Positions 56,500-64,000 of a DNA stretch of 64,000 bases are shown in pieces (positions within the stretch are counted from its first letter, which is position 1; every line of letters begins with the position of its first letter). Location: positions 39,662 through 103,661 of the forward strand of contig JBDRRF010000109.1 in NCBI GenBank assembly GCA_043825875.1, given 5' to 3'. Made by a program: the position numbers and the translations under genes. This DNA comes from Pseudomonadota bacterium (GTDB lineage: Bacteria; Desulfobacterota; Desulfobacteria; Desulfobacterales; RPRI01). Under the pieces are notes generated by a model. It worked only from the letters and a program-made list of their open reading frames with translations, was not told where the DNA came from and searched no databases.

Positions 56500-57525
56500 G
56501 TGAATGATATATTAAAATATTTTTATCATAAATGGTCTAACAAATCCGATAAATGGTATCCTTTTTTATCCGTCTATTATCTTACATATGCATGTGATTT
56601 TCGCTGTCCGTATTGCAGTGATGGCTCAAAGCGCCCTTACTATGCTCTGCCTGCAAAGGTTCTGCCGGGAAAATCCGTAATTTCTCTTATTGAAAAAATA
56701 CGCTCGCATTGTGATTACCTTGTTATTACCAGTGGCGAACCTCTTAACCATCCTGATTTTGAATTTATCATGCAAAGAATCGGAAAACTTCGTTTCAAAC
56801 AAATAGTACTTACAACAAATGGTTATGATTTAGATATTTATTTGTCAGTTATAACAGCAAACATTCATTCACTGGTAATCAGCCTTGATACGCTTGACCA
56901 TACTAAAGCAGATGCATGGTACGGTATTGGAAAAGGCTCATTGAAAAAAATTATATCAAACATAAATCGGGCGGCTAATCAACCCGGCCGAAAATATGAA
57001 ATGCTTATTTCCAGCGTTGTTACTCCTGAAAACATTAATGATCTATATGATGTTTATCATTTTGCAAAACAAAATAACTGTACTTTTGCTGCCTGCCCGC
57101 AACTTGTCGGCGTAAAAGCGCATAAGGCACTAAACGATAACCCCGACTACCGGCAATTTTATGACTTTCTTATAGCCGAAAAGCAAAAGGGCGGTCCGGT
57201 TTATGGCACTTTGCTTTATCTTGAATATATGAAAAATTTTAGCAAATTTACCTGTTATCCTTTTACTATGCTGGTTGTATCTCCCACTGGAGATGTATTT
57301 TATCCCTGTCTTGAAATCGGAAATCTTGCTGAAAATCTTTTGGAAAATAACCATTTACACCAAATCCGATCAAATGCCAAGAACAAGTTTGGCCCTCAGC
57401 CTGATTGCGCCAGGCAATGCCATTCGGCATGCGCTCTTGGTTTTTCACTTATACTTACTTACCCGTTTTCATTGTTTAATGAATTGTATTTTATGCTTAA
57501 ACAAAAATTAAAAACTCTGTCCTAA
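56500..57525 (+). CDS. Radical SAM protein with SPASM/twitch-like C-terminus
   Basis: CDFRCPYC; 'SGEP'; C-terminal 'TCYP...YPC...CARQCHSAC'. Confidence 0.85.
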   Translation: MNDILKYFYHKWSNKSDKWYPFLSVYYLTYACDFRCPYCSDGSKRPYYALPAKVLPGKSVISLIEKIRSHCDYLVITSGEPLNHPDFEFIMQRIGKLRFKQIVLTTNGYDLDIYLSVITANIHSLVISLDTLDHTKADAWYGIGKGSLKKIISNINRAANQPGRKYEMLISSVVTPENINDLYDVYHFAKQNNCTFAACPQLVGVKAHKALNDNPDYRQFYDFLIAEKQKGGPVYGTLLYLEYMKNFSKFTCYPFTMLVVSPTGDVFYPCLEIGNLAENLLENNHLHQIRSNAKNKFGPQPDCARQCHSACALGFSLILTYPFSLFNELYFMLKQKLKTLS

Positions 57526-58542
57526 TTTAACTTCTCTTGTCATCTGATAATAATCAAAAAGATTGGCCAGCCGCTGTTTTCCATACAAAATTGTTTCTAT
57601 AGACCCGCGGCAGCTTGTCCAGCAATTGTTGCATGTGTTCGTTTTATGCATTTTGGTAAGATTATGCAAGATGGTTGACATATTGTCCGTAAAAATATTT
57701 CCTGCAGATTCGTCCAGTCTGTCTATACAAAGTGATATACTACCTTGTGAATCAATGTTGATAAGATTCTTACCGGTAAAGCATAATGGTTTGCCATTGT
57801 TCCCGTTTCCCTTGGAAATGCCGGTCAGGTAATCTCTTAGTGCCACAAAGTGCCGATATTTGTTATGAAGCGATCCCAAATGATCACTGATTGTTTTCTC
57901 ATTTTCTACCGGTTTAAAATTACCCCTATTGTTTGAATAGTAAGAAATAAGATAAGTCACTCCGATATCCTTGCAAAGCCGAATCAATGGTTCAATATCT
58001 TCTATATTATCATCTCCTACAGTTGTAATCATATGTACGCGCTGATAAGGATGCGCCCTGTTTTTATTTAATACATAAAGTGCTTCTACAGCCCTGTCAA
58101 AGGCACCTTTTTTACCGCGCATCTTGTCATGTTTTTTTGGATCGGCATAGTCCACGGAAACGCTGATTTCATAAAGACCTGCCTTAAAAAGATCTTGTGC
58201 AATATCTTTTGTAACAAACCATCCGTTTGTAATCATTACCCCGAAATTATCTTTTGAAAGTAATCTTGCAATTTCGATAACATCAGGATGCAAAAGGGGT
58301 TCGCCTCCACCGATGGAAATCACCTGAGGGCCTATGCCCTTTAATTTTTCCGTAATTAATTTTGCCTGGGAAAGGGATAACTGAGGTTTTTGGGTATACG
58401 GTGTTTTCCAGAAATCACAAATGTTGCATTTGAAATTGCATTGATACAAAATCTGCAAATTCACATGAATTATTCTTTTTCTTATAAAAGAAAGAGCGTA
58501 TTTGATTTTTTTACTGTGTTCTTTCAATAATGTTTGGGCCAT
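57508..58542 (-). CDS. Radical SAM protein with SPASM/twitch-like C-terminus
   Basis: CNFKCNIC; 'GGGEP'; 'LCFTG...SLC...CNNCWTSC'. Confidence 0.85.
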   Translation of the reverse strand: MAQTLLKEHSKKIKYALSFIRKRIIHVNLQILYQCNFKCNICDFWKTPYTQKPQLSLSQAKLITEKLKGIGPQVISIGGGEPLLHPDVIEIARLLSKDNFGVMITNGWFVTKDIAQDLFKAGLYEISVSVDYADPKKHDKMRGKKGAFDRAVEALYVLNKNRAHPYQRVHMITTVGDDNIEDIEPLIRLCKDIGVTYLISYYSNNRGNFKPVENEKTISDHLGSLHNKYRHFVALRDYLTGISKGNGNNGKPLCFTGKNLINIDSQGSISLCIDRLDESAGNIFTDNMSTILHNLTKMHKTNTCNNCWTSCRGSIETILYGKQRLANLFDYYQMTREVKLGQSF

Positions 58543-58551
58543 AGATTTAAA

Positions 58552-59343
58552 CTAAAAGCCATATGCCGGGTTATTAATGTCAAATTCCATATCCGAAAAG
58601 CAATTGTTAATTTTAATGTCTGAATAGTAGTACATTTCCAAAAGCTCTTTGTCCCATCCATATACTTCAATTTTTATCGGCAGCATCAGTTTCTTATCTA
58701 AATAAATATATATGATATGCCCATAATAGCATTTTTTTCTGGGGAAAACTGCTTTAATTAAATATGTTTGGCGACCATCTAATATATATTTTTTCTCTAT
58801 ATCAATAGATCCTTCCTTATTTATTTTGGCTTGGTTGTAATTATTTTCAATCAGATCAATTATATGACTAAAATCTGATTCAAATATAGTGTGGCGGTTG
58901 TACTTCATATAAAACCAGCCTCCGGGATCTAATGAAAGATTAATAAATCCAAGAAATTTGCCAAGATGCACTTCTAATTTGTTATCATATTTGCCATGAA
59001 CATAGATTGCTTCAGCGCCTTCTCCTACTCCTTCTGTATACTTATAATAGTATGAAGCAGGCTTTTTGAACTTGAAAATAATGTTTTTTTCTTCAACCAG
59101 TTTATCTTTGAGCCGCTCTTTTTTGTGAAACATACAGGAAAAATCTGATACTTTGCTATAGCTTTGCCTGCACTGTTTTATGAAAAGATCCAAATCAGCA
59201 GAATAAGCCTGTGCAGCATATGATAATGAAAAAACAAATATTACTCCAACCTTGAGCGTATATTTGCATTTTCCGATAAGATTGCCGCAAGTTTTATTTA
59301 TCATCTTCTTCCTCTTTGCGTTCCCCATTATCTTACAGGACAA
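58552..59343 (-). CDS. DUF1571/LolA-like exported protein
   Basis: 'FHKKER', 'GAEAIYVHG', 'LPIKIEVYGW..LLEMYYY...F..NNPAYGF'; start uncertain. Confidence 0.65.
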   Translation of the reverse strand: MSCKIMGNAKRKKMINKTCGNLIGKCKYTLKVGVIFVFSLSYAAQAYSADLDLFIKQCRQSYSKVSDFSCMFHKKERLKDKLVEEKNIIFKFKKPASYYYKYTEGVGEGAEAIYVHGKYDNKLEVHLGKFLGFINLSLDPGGWFYMKYNRHTIFESDFSHIIDLIENNYNQAKINKEGSIDIEKKYILDGRQTYLIKAVFPRKKCYYGHIIYIYLDKKLMLPIKIEVYGWDKELLEMYYYSDIKINNCFSDMEFDINNPAYGF

Positions 59344-59417
59344 ACTTCTTTAACAATAGTTGTACCAGTAATAAACCTCAATAGATAGCTGTCTGCTAAA
59401 AGCAATTACGCCTCCAA

Positions 59418-59513
59418 CCCTACTAGCTGCTTGGCATGTTCAGCGTTTGTAAGGTCAATAGGCTCAAGTGAAACCATCTCACCACCAACTTCCCGAATTA
59501 TGCGGTCCGTTTC
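59418..59513 (-). pseudogene. Fragment of an SDR oxidoreductase gene
   Basis: Manual translation ETDRIIREVGGEMVSLEPIDLTNAEHAKQLVG resembles an SDR N-terminal segment; no start codon. Confidence 0.4.
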
Positions 59514-59514
59514 C

Positions 59515-62500
59515 TTATTGCTCTTTTGTTTCCCGTTGAATATTACGGGTAAAAAGATTATACAAAACAGGCAGCACAACTAGAGTCAACAGGCCTGAAA
59601 CAAAAATACCGCCTACTGAAGCAATGCCGATACCATAGCGAAATTCACTTCCCAATCCCCGGCCGACCGCCAGTGGCAGCATTCCCAAAATCGCAGCCGA
59701 AGTGATCATTATTATTGGCCGCAGTTCATCAAGCGCCGCTTTAATCATTGCTTCATGCCGGGGCAAGCCTTGCTCGATATATTGATTCATCTTTCCCATG
59801 ATAAGAATGGCATTGTTAACCACAATTCCAATAAGCATAACAGCTCCTAGAAGAATGAAAATATCAATAGGTTTGCCCGCTATGTAGAGTGCCCAGATAA
59901 AACCGATCAGTGCCATTGGTATGGTAAATAAAATAATAATTGGTTGTTTGAAGGATTCCAGAATAGCTGCAAGAAGCAGATAAGTGAGTACGATAGCAAT
60001 TATTCCGGCTTCCATAAACTTTTCGCCGGCTTCTTCCATATCCTCGGTTTTGCCGAAGAAGCGATAAGTATAGCCTGGAGGCAAATTGCCTTTTTGGTCA
60101 ATAGCCCGGCTCAAGTCTTTTACTACTGTGGCAAGAGGCGTATTGCCGCTTAGATGGGCATATACCAGTGAAACGCGGCTCTTGTCTTTTCGGTTAATGA
60201 GAACAGGGGAAACGGTTTCTTCTACCTTTGCGAAATTATCAAGAGTAATAGGATGTCCCGGTCCTCCAGGAAAAAGAAATGCTTTTACCTGGTTTTTACC
60301 TTCTTTTTCTGCAAATTTAACTCTAATGTCGTAAGTGCGTGCGCCTTCTTTGTAGGAACCTGCAATAATACCCTCCAGGTTACCTCTTAAGACAGTCCCT
60401 AAACCAAAGATTGGTGTATCCAAATCGGAGAGAACCGCCCTGCGTGGCTGGATGCGAAGTTCAGGCTTGCCTGATCGGGCTGATGAATCGGGATCGACAA
60501 TGCCCTTAATCTCCCGGCAAAGCTTCAGCACTCTTTCTGCTGCGCTGTCCAAAACCGAAAGATCCGGGCCTGCAATTTCCATTTGAAGGGGTATGTTTTG
60601 TCCGCCCAAAGGGTCTGTTGCGCTCGCGGTTACAATACTATCCGGGTAATTTGCCAGCCGGCCGCGGACTTTTACTAATATATCTTCCATGGTCTCGGTG
60701 CGTTTTGTCCTGTCAACAAACTTGATCAGAATCTGGCCGAGATGCACACCTTCGGAGGATGCGCCCAAAAGATTTTCCACCTTGCCGACCAGGGTGAATA
60801 GGTTGGATACGTTTGGCAGGTCCTTGAGTAAATCTTCAGCCTGCTTCACCCTCGTTATTGTTTGTTCAAGATCGTATGCTGTAGGATATTCAAGTCTTAC
60901 AACCACTTCTCCCTTGTCGACATCACCAAAAAAAGTAAGACCGACCAACGGGATAAGTTTAATTGACAAATAGGTCAAAAGAAGCACCACGCCCAGTAAT
61001 CCTGTAGCAGCCCAGCGATTGCGCGTCAAACGGCGCAGAACTGACTCATAGCTTACGGATAAACGGTTAAACATCCGGTTCCAGGCGGCTTCAATACTAC
61101 CGGATAATTTCTTGTTTGATTTTATCCGGTTTTGCTTCAATAAAAATGAGCAGAGCATTGGGGTCAGGGTAAAGGATATGAAAAGAGAAATGGCGGTTGC
61201 ACCGATCATGGTTAAGGCAAAAGGATTAAAAAACCGCCCGACCATGGTCCCCATCAGGGAAATCGGAAGAAGAACCACTGCATTGGTTCCTGCGCTTGCC
61301 AGTACGGCTGTGGCAACATCGCTTGCACCCATTTTGGACGCCTCGATCGGGTTGTTTGTCTGTGACATGCGCGTGACAATACTTTCCATTACTACAATCG
61401 AGTTTGTAACCAGGATACCCACTGAAAGACCCACAGCAAGAAGTGTTGAAGTATTTAAACTGAACTGCATGCTGTGCATAAAAAGGATAGTGATTACGAT
61501 TGTAACCGGCATGGTTATTGCCACAACCAGAGTGGGACGAAAATGGTGAAGGAAAATAAACAGAACTGCTGCTGTCAACAGTACCCCTGCTGCAATGTTA
61601 GAGGCTGCGGCGTCAGCAGAAGCCTGAATAAATGCACCATCGTCTGAAACCCAAACAAGGTCCATGCCTCCGGGCAATGTGGCCTTAATATTATCCATGG
61701 CCTCATGTACAAGGTTTACTACTTTAACGGTATTTGCATCTGCTTTTTTCACAACCCGGATGCCGATACATGTTCTGCCGTTGATAAATGAGGCCTGACG
61801 CAATTCTTCCGTTGCCATGCTTACCGAACCAATATCTTTCAGGTAACAACGCGAGCCCTTTTCATTTGAAATCTCCAGGTTTCCGATGTTGCTCACTTTT
61901 CTGTACTCAGCATCAAACTTGACGGAATATTCCGTTCCTGACTGTTTTACACGGCCTGAAGGAATAGTGCTGATGCCCTGTTTTATTGCATTAACTACGG
62001 CTATGCTAGTAAGTCCCCGGGCTGCGAGCTTGTCTCTGTCCAGCAAAATGTTGACTTCCCTCTCTGCACCGCCGAATAACTGCACATCGGCAACACCCTG
62101 AAGCACCGAAATACGATCGCGAAGGGTATTATCGGCGTAATCGTACAACTCCTCCACAGACAGTTCTCCTGTGAGGGCAAATGTAATTATAGGCCTGGCA
62201 TTTAAGTCAAATTTGAAGACTTTGGGTTTTTCGGCATCCACCGGCAGTTTCTCGATGATAAGATCTATTTTTTCCCTGACATCATTTGCTGCTTCATCGA
62301 TATTCACATCAAGTTCGAACTCAAGAAATGTCTGACTGACATTTTCCATACACGTAGAGGTGAAGTGCTTGAGTCCGTCAATGGAAACCACTGCATCCTC
62401 GATTTTCTTGGCAATATCAGTTTCTATTTCAGCAGGGCTGGCGCCAGGGTATACGGTGACAATTGTAATAAAGGGGGAGTCCATTTTGGGAAGAAACTCC

Positions 62501-62601
62501 AGTGGCATTTTTCTGTATGCGTTTAGTCCTAAAAGAATCAAGGCAATGATAAGACAAGATATCGCCACAGGCCGTTTTATTGAAATATCCGGAAGAAGCA
62601 T
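59515..62601 (-). CDS. RND efflux permease (AcrB family)
   Basis: 'IKRPV', 'YPGASP', 'GIVVNNAIL', 'RPIIMITS'; 1028 aa. Confidence 0.93.
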   Translation of the reverse strand: MLLPDISIKRPVAISCLIIALILLGLNAYRKMPLEFLPKMDSPFITIVTVYPGASPAEIETDIAKKIEDAVVSIDGLKHFTSTCMENVSQTFLEFELDVNIDEAANDVREKIDLIIEKLPVDAEKPKVFKFDLNARPIITFALTGELSVEELYDYADNTLRDRISVLQGVADVQLFGGAEREVNILLDRDKLAARGLTSIAVVNAIKQGISTIPSGRVKQSGTEYSVKFDAEYRKVSNIGNLEISNEKGSRCYLKDIGSVSMATEELRQASFINGRTCIGIRVVKKADANTVKVVNLVHEAMDNIKATLPGGMDLVWVSDDGAFIQASADAAASNIAAGVLLTAAVLFIFLHHFRPTLVVAITMPVTIVITILFMHSMQFSLNTSTLLAVGLSVGILVTNSIVVMESIVTRMSQTNNPIEASKMGASDVATAVLASAGTNAVVLLPISLMGTMVGRFFNPFALTMIGATAISLFISFTLTPMLCSFLLKQNRIKSNKKLSGSIEAAWNRMFNRLSVSYESVLRRLTRNRWAATGLLGVVLLLTYLSIKLIPLVGLTFFGDVDKGEVVVRLEYPTAYDLEQTITRVKQAEDLLKDLPNVSNLFTLVGKVENLLGASSEGVHLGQILIKFVDRTKRTETMEDILVKVRGRLANYPDSIVTASATDPLGGQNIPLQMEIAGPDLSVLDSAAERVLKLCREIKGIVDPDSSARSGKPELRIQPRRAVLSDLDTPIFGLGTVLRGNLEGIIAGSYKEGARTYDIRVKFAEKEGKNQVKAFLFPGGPGHPITLDNFAKVEETVSPVLINRKDKSRVSLVYAHLSGNTPLATVVKDLSRAIDQKGNLPPGYTYRFFGKTEDMEEAGEKFMEAGIIAIVLTYLLLAAILESFKQPIIILFTIPMALIGFIWALYIAGKPIDIFILLGAVMLIGIVVNNAILIMGKMNQYIEQGLPRHEAMIKAALDELRPIIMITSAAILGMLPLAVGRGLGSEFRYGIGIASVGGIFVSGLLTLVVLPVLYNLFTRNIQRETKEQ

Positions 62602-63815
62602 TAGAGACTTTCCTTTTGGACGGTGACACGAGTTCCTTCTTCAAGCAGAAACTGCCCCATGCTCACCACAAAGGTTTTTTCGTGAAGATTATTTCCCTTA
62701 AGCTCAATCCATCCATCACTTTCAAGGCCGGTCTCAACCTCGACCATTCGGGCCACATCTTTTTCAACCAAAAAGATTATAGTGCGACCCGCGCGTTGTT
62801 GAAGAGAAGCCTTCGGAACTCCCAGGCCCTTTCGTTGCGCGAGCAGTACTTCTATTTCGGCCATGGCCCCCGGAACAACATTTTCAGGTGGGTTCTTTAT
62901 AACGCATTTAATCTCAAAGGTACGCATTTTTTCATGTATGGTAGGGCTCTTGTAAGAAATGACCTGATCTTTCAGTTCAATGCCATAGACCCTGATACGC
63001 ATAGGTGTTTTACCCGGGAGAACTACCGGGTAGTATTCCGACGGCAAAAAAGCCGAAACCTCAATTACTGCTGGGTCCACAATTTCCAGAACCGGTTTTG
63101 TCGTAGCTCCCATCTCTCCCGGTTCCTGGAACCGGTGACTGACCTTTCCGCTGATTGGGGCATAAACAATTGCATCCTGAAGATCCTTTTCGGCCATCTC
63201 CAAAGAGGTCTCGGCCTGACGCTTTTGCTGCTCTGCCAAATCTATCAGAGTTTGTGCAAGTTTGAGTGATGCAACCGCCTGTTTGTAACGGGACTCAACC
63301 TGTTCAAAGTCGTCCTTGCTTACGATATGATCTTTGAGTAACAACATAAAACGATCGAAATCAATCTTAGCCTTGTGAAGGTCTGCTTCCACACGTTCAA
63401 AGTTTGCGTGTTTTTCGCTCAATGCACAATCGGCAATAGCAAAAGCCTGTTTTTCTATCTCTACAGCCTTGTTAAGTTTTAATGCGTCTATTTTAAAAAG
63501 CCTGGTCTTTCCGGCAAGAACAAGGTCTCCTTCATCTACAAAAATTGTCTCAATTGTGGCATTTATACGGGATGGCACCATAGCGATATTTTTTGCTTCC
63601 AGATTGCCCTGTACTACAATCCGCTCCTCGAAATTCCGTATGGAGACAGGTGTTAAAACCACAGGGATCGCACGTTTTACACTGTCTATTGCTTTTTCGG
63701 ATGAACCTGGCTTTGTGCTGGATTGACCGTTTGTTCGGAAATTAAAAACATATCCGAAAATGATCACAATAATGATACCTGCCGTAACCGTAAAAGTTTT
63801 GATTTTACGACTCAT
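62601..63815 (-). CDS. RND membrane-fusion (adaptor) protein
   Basis: N-terminal TM, 'VDEGDLV', 'YAPISG', 'PGAMA'; stop overlaps the permease start. Confidence 0.92.
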   Translation of the reverse strand: MSRKIKTFTVTAGIIIVIIFGYVFNFRTNGQSSTKPGSSEKAIDSVKRAIPVVLTPVSIRNFEERIVVQGNLEAKNIAMVPSRINATIETIFVDEGDLVLAGKTRLFKIDALKLNKAVEIEKQAFAIADCALSEKHANFERVEADLHKAKIDFDRFMLLLKDHIVSKDDFEQVESRYKQAVASLKLAQTLIDLAEQQKRQAETSLEMAEKDLQDAIVYAPISGKVSHRFQEPGEMGATTKPVLEIVDPAVIEVSAFLPSEYYPVVLPGKTPMRIRVYGIELKDQVISYKSPTIHEKMRTFEIKCVIKNPPENVVPGAMAEIEVLLAQRKGLGVPKASLQQRAGRTIIFLVEKDVARMVEVETGLESDGWIELKGNNLHEKTFVVSMGQFLLEEGTRVTVQKESL

Positions 63816-63859
63816 AGATCATTCCTTTGTTTACCGGTTTTGAATATCTTGAGCTTATT

Positions 63860-64000
63860 GAGCCACTTTCAAAACGTTTCAGTTTGGTCAAGCTCAAGGC
63901 GGGAGAAAATTTCAACCACAGGAATACATTTAGTATTTCGAGGATTGAAATTTGAGCCCAACGCTTAAGATCGGCCAAAATGGGGCGTTTTGAAACTGGC
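63860..64000 (-). mobile_element. MITE-like repeat, inverted copy of 37399-37540 (cut by the window end)
   Basis: Near-identical reverse complement. Confidence 0.8.

Noticed and set aside
59944..63968. Plus-strand ORFs up to 229 aa opposite the RND genes, and similar antisense ORFs throughout the window
   Set aside because: Shadow ORFs of well-supported genes on the other strand
1..64000. tRNA, rRNA or riboswitch
   Set aside because: None recognised by eye; a covariance-model scan would be needed to exclude small RNAs

Overview
AT-rich window from an anaerobic deltaproteobacterium, probably a Desulfobacterales-like sulfate reducer (inferred from the tetraheme cytochrome c3 and gene content). 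(1) Two minus-strand integron cassette arrays (1-4.9 kb and about 15-27.7 kb) with about 14 recognisable attC sites and no integrase in the window. Three different elements have inserted into attC sites: an intact group II intron whose EBS1 pairs with the attC R' box, a class IIC intron remnant in the opposite orientation, and a 158-bp MITE in the GTT core. (2) A sigma54-controlled catabolic operon (acyl-CoA dehydrogenase, inactive HMG-CoA-synthase-like/DUF35 fusion, SCP2-type thiolase, two-subunit B12 mutase with an atypical active site). (3) A GluR0-like channel and an internally deleted duplicate bracketing a vapBC cassette. (4) Two methyltransferases, one resembling the OvoA C-terminal domain, next to a Cys-ligated Mo/W-bisPGD enzyme. 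(5) Aas/LplT, cytochrome c3, an orphan Mo-hydroxylase maturation cluster, MscS and a diguanylate cyclase. (6) The best candidate for a new system, at 46-64 kb: a type II fatty-acid/polyketide cluster (KS plus Cys-less KS partner, two KR, two DH, an elongated ACP) with two tandem tetraether-synthase (Tes/GDGT-MAS)-like radical SAM enzymes, two further radical SAMs, a nitroreductase, a rhodanese-membrane protein, a LolA-like protein and RND export. All family assignments come from motif recognition by eye, not database searches.
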